The notes under the pieces: model-generated
Database searches by the model: none
What the model saw: the letters and a program-made list of their open reading frames with translations, nothing else
What the model was told of the DNA's origin: nothing
In this document: in pieces, positions 8,088 to 15,608 of the stretch
Layout: each line of letters begins with the position of its first letter
How positions within the stretch are numbered: the stretch's first letter is position 1
Assembly (NCBI GenBank): GCA_028275205.1
Contig: JAPWVB010000001.1
Span: 1-38,557 of the forward strand
Reading direction: 5' to 3'
DNA: 38,557 bases
DNA from: Candidatus Acetothermia bacterium
GTDB lineage: Bacteria; Bipolaricaulota; Bipolaricaulia; RBG-16-55-9; DRXL01
Position numbers and translations under genes: made by a program

Positions 8088-8217
8088 AACCCCCTGGCCC
8101 CCTTCCCGAAGCGGGAAGGGGGGACCAGGCTTCGCCTGGACAAGCTTCGCTTGACGTTCATCGTGCCGCCAAAGGCGGCACGGCGAACGGTCCAGGCGAA
8201 GCCTGGGGGGAGGGGTT
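8088..8217. repeat. Nested GC-rich palindromic element with three perfect stems
   Basis: Stem 1: CCCCCTTCCCG (8098-8108) / CGGGAAGGGGG (8112-8122), 11 bp with a 3-nt loop. Stem 2: CCAGGCTTCGCCTGGAC (8125-8141) / GTCCAGGCGAAGCCTGG (8190-8206), 17 bp. Stem 3, inside stem 2: CGTGCCGCC (8162-8170) / GGCGGCACG (8174-8182), 9 bp, extendable. Outer AACCCC (8088-8093) / GGGGTT (8212-8217). Each 17-mer is also self-complementary (CCAGGC-nnn-GCCTGG). Confidence 0.75.
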
Positions 8218-8294
8218 GTTAGAACCGCCTGCTTTTGGGCCATAGAGAAGAATGAGCAGACACAAACTCATTAGATCCTAAGGAGGGATCACAG

Positions 8295-9395
8295 ATGCTC
8301 AAGCACAGCAGTCGTGTCGGAGCGGTCGTGCGGTCGTTCGGTCTGGGCGTGTTGGCGTTGGCGGTCTTGGTCGGGTTGACGGTCTCGGCGCAGCAGCAGC
8401 CGGCTCAGCCGGTGACGCAGATAAAGATCGTGCCGGAGAAGCCGACTATCAACGACGATATAACAGTCGAGTTGTCGGGGACCTTCCCCGATGCGTGTGC
8501 TCCGGATTCCGCCGAGGCCCAAGTCGAAGAGAACCAAGTGACGATTCGGGCAACCAATGCGAGCGAGTTTTGCGACGAAGGGACGGAGACCAAGTGGAGC
8601 TTGAGCGTGCCGGTGGGCAAGAAGCTGGCCGCCGGGCCCTATCGTGTGCTGGTGCTGTTTGGTATGAGCAAGGAGGCGCCGGAGCTCTTGCTGGGCATGG
8701 CGCGCTTTGACGTCGTAGAGAAGAGGACGAGCATGAGCGCCGATCAAGCGGGCCAAGCGAGCTTGGTTCCGTTCACGATCCTGCCAGTCGTCCAGACGCT
8801 CGACGGGGGCACCAGCGTCCCCTTAGGGGCTCTCGAAGCCATCAACCTGAACTCCTCTAAGTCCAACCTTCAACGAGAGCGACTCCCACTGCCTGCGACG
8901 GTGGCCGTCCCTAAAGGCGATGTGGTAAGCATGGGTGTAAGAAACTACAATGACTCAAAGAGCAACTGCTGTTATAGCGTTCGCGTGGCCGCTCCTGCCG
9001 GCACTCTAACAGTGCCCATCACCGAGTCGGACCAAACTTTTGTGATCGAGCTCGAGCAGACGGCCCTGCCCGACTTGGCGGTCCGCATCAGAGCAAACGT
9101 GCGGCGCTACACCGAGATGGAGCAGGTCTTCTGTGACATAACGGTCATCAAGACGGTCAGCAATCTCGGCCCAGGCCCCGGCGGCGTTGTAGCCATGAAA
9201 GGGTATAACCACAATGATTCCAAATCAAACCTTATGAGGTACGGCATGGGCAGCGGCGAGAGCGCGACCCACGTGAATATGTTAATACGCGTGCGCCCCG
9301 GCTCGTATCTGATAGAGGCCGAAGTCGAGAGCCGCAGCGTGAAAGAGAGCAACACGGCGAACAACAAAGCGAGAGAAGTCGCGATCTGTCGGTGA
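8295..9395 (+). CDS. Secreted hypothetical protein with a C-terminal CARDB-like beta-sandwich domain
   Basis: 366 aa with SD TAAGGAGGG 7 nt upstream of the ATG. Signal peptide (VRSFGLGVLALAVLVGLTVSAQQ). C-terminal PDLAVRI...VSNLGPGPGG...GSYLIEAEVES..VKESNTANN resembles CARDB (PDL..., N.G, E.NE.NN). Three N-x-N-[DS]-S-K-S-N motifs. No catalytic motifs recognised. Confidence 0.8.
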   Translation: MLKHSSRVGAVVRSFGLGVLALAVLVGLTVSAQQQPAQPVTQIKIVPEKPTINDDITVELSGTFPDACAPDSAEAQVEENQVTIRATNASEFCDEGTETKWSLSVPVGKKLAAGPYRVLVLFGMSKEAPELLLGMARFDVVEKRTSMSADQAGQASLVPFTILPVVQTLDGGTSVPLGALEAINLNSSKSNLQRERLPLPATVAVPKGDVVSMGVRNYNDSKSNCCYSVRVAAPAGTLTVPITESDQTFVIELEQTALPDLAVRIRANVRRYTEMEQVFCDITVIKTVSNLGPGPGGVVAMKGYNHNDSKSNLMRYGMGSGESATHVNMLIRVRPGSYLIEAEVESRSVKESNTANNKAREVAICR

Positions 9396-9396
9396 C

Positions 9397-9477
9397 GTAG
9401 GGGCGGGGTATGGGCAGGGAAGGGCGCGGTAGGGGCGGGGGTCACCCCCGCCCCTCTACCTCACCCTGCCCCCTACG
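9397..9477 (+). terminator. GC-rich compound hairpin after the 366-aa gene (terminator, attenuator or REP-like element; no U-tract)
   Basis: Perfect inner stem AGGGGCGGGGG (9431-9441) / CCCCCGCCCCT (9445-9455). Outer pairing CGTAGGGG...GCAGGG (9397-9420) with CCCTGC...CCCCTACG (9464-9477). Starts 2 nt after the stop codon. Confidence 0.4.
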
Positions 9478-9584
9478 TCCGATACGAGAACGCAAGAAGA
9501 TGCTCGCTTGCCAAGAACAGCGAGCAGCAGAGATCGCCAAGCGGACGGAACGACATTCTCATCACCACAAGGAGGGTGATTCAG

Positions 9585-12500
9585 ATGATGTTCATCACGA
9601 AGCTTGCCGGCCTGCTGCGGTCGGCGCGGAGTTGGGGAGTGCTGGGGTTGCTCCTGGCGCTCGCGGTTCCTTTGGGAGCGATCTCTCCCGCTCAGGTAGA
9701 CCAGGTGCGCCTGCTAACCAGCAGCGGACCAGTGCTTGAGACGCCCTCCGGGGTCACTCTCAGGTTGACTGGTACCCAAGTAGTTCGCGATGAAGCTTCG
9801 GGGCTCTTCGCTCCCCAGATTTTCGCGGAGCTGACGAACGGCAGCGCAGAAGCGCTCTATGTGCTAGGGGGCCTCGCTCCTGAGCGGCCTTATCTCAGGG
9901 CAGAGATAGAGACAGGAGGGGGAGCGGTAGAGCGCAAGATCTGTAGACATCACTTCTTGTGGTGGCGGTGGGATTGTTTTACCTTTTGCTATCTGCCGAT
10001 GGAGGAACATCACCTGGAGCACATCGACGAGTGCGACCCCGGCCTCCGCATCGCCGCGGGTGTGCCTGACGGCGACCCGCATGATCATGCGCCGGCGCCC
10101 GCGGACGTTATGATGGCAGTGGTCGCCAGCAAGGACATTCAGCGCATTGCCACGGCCCTGGATCTGGACCCCGAAGTGATCAGACTGAGGACCCCTCCAT
10201 TGGGGCCGGGCGATAGCGTGCCTGTTCTATTGCGGGCTCGTATTCTGGTTGTTGACGCTAGTCTAGTCCAGAAACCAATAACTATCGGCGTGACCCTGGC
10301 TGACGATCAAGGGTCCAGCGACGTACAGGTATTCGAGTGCAGCGTGCTTGGAGAATGCATCACCCTCGTGCCCATGCTCCCCGCTTGCGTCCCGCCGCCG
10401 TCGGGCTTGGAAGAGTGGTGGCCGCTGGATGAAACCTCAGGCAACGTCGTCAACAACCTTATCTCACATCCGATTCCCGGGCATGGCCCTGATCTCCACA
10501 ACGGTACTCCCCAACCGGGACCGATTGGGGGTACTGGCCCGGCGCCTGCTCCCGGAATGGTGGCTGGCGCGCTCCAGTTCGATGGTGTGGACGACTTCGT
10601 AGAAATCCAGGACGGTTCAGGGACCCTTAGCCATGGCAACCCCACGAGCGATTTCACGATCGACGCGTGGGTCAAGGTCGATCCCAACGACAAATCAGGC
10701 GTTCGGCCAATTGTAGACAAGCGATTCGACTTTCCGGATTCCCAAAATCCGAATGTCCCGACTCGCGGGTATGCCTTCTATCTCTTCAACGGCCAACTGG
10801 GATTCCAACTGGCCGATGACATGGCAGGACTGAGCCAGATATGCGACGCTGGGCCGCCTTTTACTGCCAATTGTACGAACTACGTTTCTCCCGCAGATGT
10901 TGCTGATGGCAACTGGCATCACGTTGCCGTAACGGTTCAAAGGACAGGAACGCCTAAAGTCAAGCTCTACGTGGATGGTGTTGTAGTCCTTACCAGAGAC
11001 GCTCGCACGGGCAACGCGAACAACAGCATCCCCCTCTTGGTTGGGACTGGCTATCCGATCGTCATCTCTAAGCCCTTCTTCAAGGGAGCGATCGATGAGG
11101 TCGAAATCTTCAACCGCGCGCTCTCTGAAGACGAGATTAAGTCCATCTTCAACGCTGGCTCGGCGGGCAAGTGCAAACCGCAACTGCCCAGTGAGCCCAC
11201 CGCCGACCTCGGTGATGCTCCCGACAGCACCAATCACGCTGGGGCGACGATGACGACGTATACACCCCCGGTCACGGCCAAATTCCCGACGGTCTTTGAC
11301 TCTATGACGGGTCTGCCGCAGGGGCCCAAGCACCTACAGCCCAAGGGGCTCGCTTGGCTCGGCTCGGACGTCAGCTTCGAGAACGAGGCCGACCAAGGGC
11401 CAGACCAAGACCCTACCAATAATTTAGACTTCAGCGTGACTCCGCCTGTGCCTGACAAAGACCTCAAAGACGACGGCGTGGTGCTGCCCATCGCTATCCC
11501 CTTTGTCTGCGGCCAAACGCAGGTCAAATACACCGTGACGAGCACCCAAGCTGCCAAACTCTATGTGAACATCTGGATCGACTTCAATCGCGATGGCGAC
11601 TGGAATGACCCCATCCAGAAGTGTCCGTTAGGGCCAGCAGTTACGGGGTCGTTCACAGAATGGGCGGTCCAAAATGAACTGATTACCGTGCCAGTGGGAT
11701 CTTCCGGCTTTACGACGCCGGTCTTCGGTGCGGCCAATCCCACAAAGGGATCGGAGATGTGGATGCGGATCACGCTGACAGATCAGCCCATCGCGCCCGC
11801 GAACGGGGCCGACGCCAGCGGTCCTGCGAGTGGCTACAAGTACGGCGAGACCGAAGACTATCTCTTGAGGCTCCAGTACACGGAGCTCTGCGGGATCAAG
11901 TGGAATGATCTCAACGGCAACGGCAAGCAAGATCCCGGAGAGCCTGGCTTAGCCAATTGGGTGATCGAAGTCAAAGATGCCAATGGCAACATCATTGGGT
12001 TCGCAGTGACCGACGCGAACGGAAGGTACTGTATCGTTGTGCCCGTGCCGGGGACGTACACGGTCTCGGAGCAGCAGCAACCGCGATGGACACAAACGGC
12101 TCCGGCATCGGGGAGCTACGCCGTGACGATTCCTCCGGCGCACACTGACCTCAACTTCGGCAACAAGAGGAAAGAAGAAAAAGCCGAGCTCTGCATCTTC
12201 AAGTTCAGCGACCTTAACGGCGACGGCAAGCAGGATCCAAACGAGCCGCTGCTTGCAGGCTGGCAGTTCGCAGTGAGTCCGGCGCCACTGCCTCCGACCA
12301 CCAGCCCGGTGACCACGGGTCCGCAGGGCAGCATCTGCTTTGGCGTGGCGGCTCCAGGGACGTACACCATCACCGAGCAAGTGCAATCGGGCTGGACGCC
12401 GACGACGCCTAATCCACAAACGGTGAACGTTTCTCCGGGCCAGCTTGTCAACGTCTTCTTCGGCAATAAGAAGAAAGACGAAAAATTTGAGATCTGTGGG

Positions 12501-13574
12501 GTCAAGTGGAACGACCTCGATGGCGACGGCGTGAAAGACCCCAATGAGCCGGGGTTGCCCGGTTGGACGATTAACATGGTGTTCGGAACACCGCCGAATC
12601 TAATCGATGTGCAGGCGACTACAGACGCCAACGGGCGATACTGTTTCACTGGCCTGGCCCCTGGAACGTACATGGTCTCCGAAAGTTTGCAGCCTGGCTG
12701 GGTCCAGACCTTCCCCCCATCACCAGGAACGTATACCGTGACCGTGCCCCCATCGAGGACAGATATCAACTTCGGTAACAAGATGGGCGTGTGCGACCGA
12801 GAGATCAAGAAGACCGTCACGCCTAACCCCGTGGCGAGCGGTGGCACGGTGACCGTCACCCTGACGGTGACAAACGTGGGAACAGCCCCATGTCCTGTTG
12901 TACCTGGCATAAACGTGGCAGACCCGCAGCCTAGCGGGTTAACCTTCCAGCCGCCTGTATCGGCAAACAAGCCTGGGTGGTCATGCGGATTCAGTGGCCC
13001 AGGCGTCATCGCCTTCTGTACATCCACCAGTCCGCTGCTCCCAGGTGCAGCCAATGCCGTGACGATCACCTTCACTGCGAAGGTGACCGCACCGCCAGGC
13101 AGCCAGATCCAAAACTGCGCTGAGGTGACTAACGTAGGCGACGCTGTTCAGACGAATAACAAGTCCTGTGTGACCATCAACGTCATTGGGCTGCCAGCTC
13201 CCCCCGACCTCGCCCTGGTGAAGCTGCTCGACGGCCAACTGCGCGTCGAACAAGAGGCGACCTATGTGCTGCGGGTCGCTAACGGAGGGAGAGGGCCGAC
13301 GAGCGGCCCCATCGTGGTGAGCGATCCCTTGCCCGCTGGGTTGCGCTTCGTCTCGGCCAGCGGCCCCGGCTGGAGCTGTGCAGCGCAGGGCCAGAACGTG
13401 ACGTGCAGAAACGCCGGGCCGATACAACCAGGACAAACGAGCACGATCCTGCTGCGCGTGCGGGTCGCGGCTCCCGCGGGCACGCAGATCACCAACTGCG
13501 CCACCGTCGAGACCGCGGGCGACGCCAACCCCGCCAACAATCGCAGCTGCCACACCGGCACGGTGCAACGCTAG
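9585..13574 (+). CDS. Large secreted multidomain protein: unassigned N-terminal region + LamG (Laminin_G_3) + GEVED-like + 3x SdrD_B/Cna-B-like + 2x DUF11 repeats
   Basis: Start set at ATG 9585, 9 nt after GGAGG; the ORF-track GTG at 9576 sits inside the SD. Signal peptide LGLLLALAVPLGAISPAQ. LamG: ALQFDGVDDFVEI...FTIDAWVK...GNWHHVAVT...LYVDGV...GAIDEVEIFNRALSEDEI (approx 10407-11171). GEVED-like: DLGDAPDS...YGETEDY (approx 11208-11870). Three repeats C(G/I)xK(W/F)xDLNGxGxxDPxEPGL.GW...DANGRYCF..L.PGTYTV.E (11885-12779). Two DUF11-type modules ending NCA.V....D....NN.SC (approx 12798-13565). Confidence 0.9.
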   Translation: MMFITKLAGLLRSARSWGVLGLLLALAVPLGAISPAQVDQVRLLTSSGPVLETPSGVTLRLTGTQVVRDEASGLFAPQIFAELTNGSAEALYVLGGLAPERPYLRAEIETGGGAVERKICRHHFLWWRWDCFTFCYLPMEEHHLEHIDECDPGLRIAAGVPDGDPHDHAPAPADVMMAVVASKDIQRIATALDLDPEVIRLRTPPLGPGDSVPVLLRARILVVDASLVQKPITIGVTLADDQGSSDVQVFECSVLGECITLVPMLPACVPPPSGLEEWWPLDETSGNVVNNLISHPIPGHGPDLHNGTPQPGPIGGTGPAPAPGMVAGALQFDGVDDFVEIQDGSGTLSHGNPTSDFTIDAWVKVDPNDKSGVRPIVDKRFDFPDSQNPNVPTRGYAFYLFNGQLGFQLADDMAGLSQICDAGPPFTANCTNYVSPADVADGNWHHVAVTVQRTGTPKVKLYVDGVVVLTRDARTGNANNSIPLLVGTGYPIVISKPFFKGAIDEVEIFNRALSEDEIKSIFNAGSAGKCKPQLPSEPTADLGDAPDSTNHAGATMTTYTPPVTAKFPTVFDSMTGLPQGPKHLQPKGLAWLGSDVSFENEADQGPDQDPTNNLDFSVTPPVPDKDLKDDGVVLPIAIPFVCGQTQVKYTVTSTQAAKLYVNIWIDFNRDGDWNDPIQKCPLGPAVTGSFTEWAVQNELITVPVGSSGFTTPVFGAANPTKGSEMWMRITLTDQPIAPANGADASGPASGYKYGETEDYLLRLQYTELCGIKWNDLNGNGKQDPGEPGLANWVIEVKDANGNIIGFAVTDANGRYCIVVPVPGTYTVSEQQQPRWTQTAPASGSYAVTIPPAHTDLNFGNKRKEEKAELCIFKFSDLNGDGKQDPNEPLLAGWQFAVSPAPLPPTTSPVTTGPQGSICFGVAAPGTYTITEQVQSGWTPTTPNPQTVNVSPGQLVNVFFGNKKKDEKFEICGVKWNDLDGDGVKDPNEPGLPGWTINMVFGTPPNLIDVQATTDANGRYCFTGLAPGTYMVSESLQPGWVQTFPPSPGTYTVTVPPSRTDINFGNKMGVCDREIKKTVTPNPVASGGTVTVTLTVTNVGTAPCPVVPGINVADPQPSGLTFQPPVSANKPGWSCGFSGPGVIAFCTSTSPLLPGAANAVTITFTAKVTAPPGSQIQNCAEVTNVGDAVQTNNKSCVTINVIGLPAPPDLALVKLLDGQLRVEQEATYVLRVANGGRGPTSGPIVVSDPLPAGLRFVSASGPGWSCAAQGQNVTCRNAGPIQPGQTSTILLRVRVAAPAGTQITNCATVETAGDANPANNRSCHTGTVQR
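11885..12779 (+). repeat. Three tandem ~95-aa SdrD_B-like modules with lysine-rich linkers (protein-level repeat inside the large CDS)
   Basis: CGIKWNDLNGNGKQDPGEPGLANW, CIFKFSDLNGDGKQDPNEPLLAGW and CGVKWNDLDGDGVKDPNEPGLPGW. Each module ends in (L/V/I)NFGNK followed by a charged linker (RKEEKAEL / KKDEKFEI / MGVCDREI). The copies are diverged at nucleotide level. Confidence 0.85.
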
Positions 13575-13597
13575 GAGAGACACTCCCTCCCCCTTAC

Positions 13598-13697
13598 ACC
13601 CCTCTCCCCTCTGAGGGAGAGGGGTCGGGGGTGAGGGGCCTCTCCAACGACATCACGGACGGATCGGCGGGGGCCGGGCGCACGCGCGCGCGGCCCC
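13598..13697 (+). terminator. GC-rich hairpins downstream of the large CDS (putative terminator / REP-like; no clean U-tract)
   Basis: CCCCTCTCCCCTC (13599-13611) pairs with GAGGGAGAGGGG (about 13614-13624) with one bulge. A second stem is GGGGCCG (13670-13676) / CGGCCCC (13691-13697), followed by a T-containing stretch TGCGTGTTCTGT. Confidence 0.35.
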
Positions 13698-13739
13698 TGC
13701 GTGTTCTGTAAGAATCGCTAGCACCCTAGCCCCTTGCTC

Positions 13740-13748
13740 TGCTATAAT
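13740..13748 (+). promoter_or_regulatory. Candidate extended -10 element (TGCTATAAT) ending 9 nt before the phosphatase ATG
   Basis: TGcTATAAT at 13740-13748, then AGCCCCTCT, then ATG 13758. No Shine-Dalgarno. Confidence 0.4.
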
Positions 13749-13757
13749 AGCCCCTCT

Positions 13758-14402
13758 ATGAAGGGCTTTTATAAGACTCGGGTTTATATAGTCCGTCACG
13801 GCGAGACCGACTGGAACGCAGAGCTGCGCGTCATGGGACAAGTAGACATCCCGCTCAACGAACGCGGGCGCGCTCAAGCCCACCGCACCGCCGAGCTGCT
13901 CGCCCACGAGCACTTCGATGCGATCTATTCGAGCGACCTCGTGCGCGCCATAGAGACAGCTCAGATCATCGCCGCACCCCATAAGCTCGATGTGCTCACG
14001 CTCCCGGAGCTCCGCGAGGCTTACTATGGGCTGTGGGAGGGGCTCACCCGCGATGAAGTGCTCAAAAAATTTCCCGAAGAGTACGCGATGCGCTCGCTTG
14101 ACCCTGCGAACTTCCGCCCCTCCGGCGGGGAGAGCCGAAAGGAGCTTTATACCCGCGCCGCACGGATCTTCTCTGAGCTTGTCGCGCGCCACCCCGACCA
14201 ACAGATTCTCATCGTGAGCCACGGCGGGACGATCCGAGCGATCTTGCGCTACGCCCTGGGCCTGGGGCCCAGCGATGGCCACTTCGCCGTAGATAACTGC
14301 GGGGTCAGCATTATTGACAAAGAAGACGACGGCAGCTACGAGATCTTCACGGTCAACTCCGTCTTTCATTTGAGAGAGCTGCGCACGGAGGATTTCTTTT
14401 GA
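13758..14402 (+). CDS. Histidine phosphatase family protein (phosphoglycerate mutase-like / GpmB-CobC type)
   Basis: RHGETDWN catalytic motif (VYIVRHGETDWNAE), LNERGRAQA, and a second His motif ILIVSHGGTIRA. Start moved from TTG 13734 to ATG 13758 because the promoter-like TGCTATAAT lies inside the longer ORF. Confidence 0.85.
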   Translation: MKGFYKTRVYIVRHGETDWNAELRVMGQVDIPLNERGRAQAHRTAELLAHEHFDAIYSSDLVRAIETAQIIAAPHKLDVLTLPELREAYYGLWEGLTRDEVLKKFPEEYAMRSLDPANFRPSGGESRKELYTRAARIFSELVARHPDQQILIVSHGGTIRAILRYALGLGPSDGHFAVDNCGVSIIDKEDDGSYEIFTVNSVFHLRELRTEDFF

Positions 14403-15589
14403 AGCCTTCCCCGCACCACCACCATCACCGGCCAGCCGCGCAGCGTCAGCCCCTCGTAGGGCGACCAGCCGCACTTACTCTGCACGGCTTCACGAGCGAT
14501 CGTCTTCTTGATATCGGGATCAACGACGACAAGATCGGCGTCCAGCCCAACGGCAATCTCGCCCTTGGGCAGCCCAAAACGCTTCGCAGGATTCAGACAA
14601 CAGACTTCGACCAGCCGCGCGAGCGAAATTTTATCAGCGTTGACAGCGTCAAAGAGCAACGGCAGCAAAAACTCTACTCCCGGCACCCCCGCGGGTGCTC
14701 TCTCATAACCGACGCTTTTCTCTTCAATCGTGTGCGGCGCATGGTCGGTCGCGATGATATCTATCAAGCCCTTCCCAAGCGCCCACCAGAGAAACTCTCG
14801 ATCTTCTTCGGTGGCCAACGGCGGGTTCATCTTCAGCCACGCCCCGCGCTCCTCTCTATCTTTTGCCGTGAAGTACAGATAGTGCGGGCACGTCTCGAAC
14901 GAGACGTCTATCTTTGATTTTTTCGCTTCTAAAATAGCTTCGACGGCGCGTTGCGTCGTCACGTGCGCAAGATGCAGCTTCGTCTCATAAGCCGCTGCTA
15001 AATCGAGAACATAGAGAATATCGTCGGCTTCGTGGCGCGTGACGTCTGTGGGATCGCCGCCGCGCTGCGCGTGCACCGTGAGAATCTTTTCGGTCTGGGC
15101 GATGATCTTGAAGATCTCTCGGTGCAGCTTCTTATCGCTGATCACTAACTGTCCCGTCGTTTCTCCAAGATAGAGCTTGAACGCATCCACGTGCGGGGCA
15201 AGCTCCTCTAAATTCTGAAGATTTTCTCTGGTGATCGCGCCGTAGACGTAAGCGTTGAGCGAAGAAGCTTGCGCACGGCGCCGGTAGTCGCGCACGCGTT
15301 CGACAGAGTCTAACGGAGGCTGGGTGTTGGGCATGGCAAAGACCGTCGTCACCCCTCCAGAGAGGGCGGCGCGCCCCAGCGACGCCCAGTCCTCTTTGTG
15401 AGATTGTTCGAGATCACGCACATGCACGTGCACGTCAATCACGCCGGGCAGAACGATCTTGCCAGAACAATCTATGCGCTCTTCCCCCTCAAGATTGCGC
15501 CCGATGGCGCGGATCTTCTCATCAAACGCGACATCAAGTCTCTGAAGTGCGCCGTCTATGAAAATCTCAGCGCCAGTGATGACAGCCAT
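14366..15589 (-). CDS. pyrC: Dihydroorotase
   Basis: 407 aa. Metal-binding DVHVHVRD near the N-terminus, ATDHAPH, and the GLDADLVVVD amidohydrolase C-terminal pattern. Its 3' end overlaps the convergent phosphatase gene by 37 nt. Confidence 0.9.
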   Translation of the reverse strand: MAVITGAEIFIDGALQRLDVAFDEKIRAIGRNLEGEERIDCSGKIVLPGVIDVHVHVRDLEQSHKEDWASLGRAALSGGVTTVFAMPNTQPPLDSVERVRDYRRRAQASSLNAYVYGAITRENLQNLEELAPHVDAFKLYLGETTGQLVISDKKLHREIFKIIAQTEKILTVHAQRGGDPTDVTRHEADDILYVLDLAAAYETKLHLAHVTTQRAVEAILEAKKSKIDVSFETCPHYLYFTAKDREERGAWLKMNPPLATEEDREFLWWALGKGLIDIIATDHAPHTIEEKSVGYERAPAGVPGVEFLLPLLFDAVNADKISLARLVEVCCLNPAKRFGLPKGEIAVGLDADLVVVDPDIKKTIAREAVQSKCGWSPYEGLTLRGWPVMVVVRGRLQKKSSVRSSLK

Positions 15590-15608
15590 ACTCTCTCTCG
15601 CTGTTCAC

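Noticed and set aside
8010-8222. 70-aa plus-strand ORF, and 9410-9739 (109 aa), across the palindromic elements
   Set aside because: Their sequences (PLAPFPKREGGTRLRL; GRGGGHPRPSTSPCP) are simply read-through of inverted repeats. There is no start context, and 9410-9739 overlaps the large CDS out of frame.
7773-8243. 156-aa minus-strand ORF in the regulator / secreted-protein spacer
   Set aside because: It is a composite of three things: translation of the GC-rich palindrome (PPFPLREGGQGVRS), the RHH-like fragment, and antisense of the regulator 3' end. It has no SD. Only the RHH-like part is retained, as a possible pseudogene.
12116-13075. 319-aa minus-strand ORF, plus 11949-12419 and 12981-13583, opposite the large secreted-protein gene
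   Set aside because: The plus strand encodes recognisable repeated SdrD_B and DUF11 modules. The antisense products are low-complexity with no SD or start context.
13653-14474. 273-aa minus-strand ORF covering the phosphatase locus
   Set aside because: The plus-strand ORF carries the RHGETDWN and SHGG histidine-phosphatase motifs. The minus-strand product has no recognisable features.
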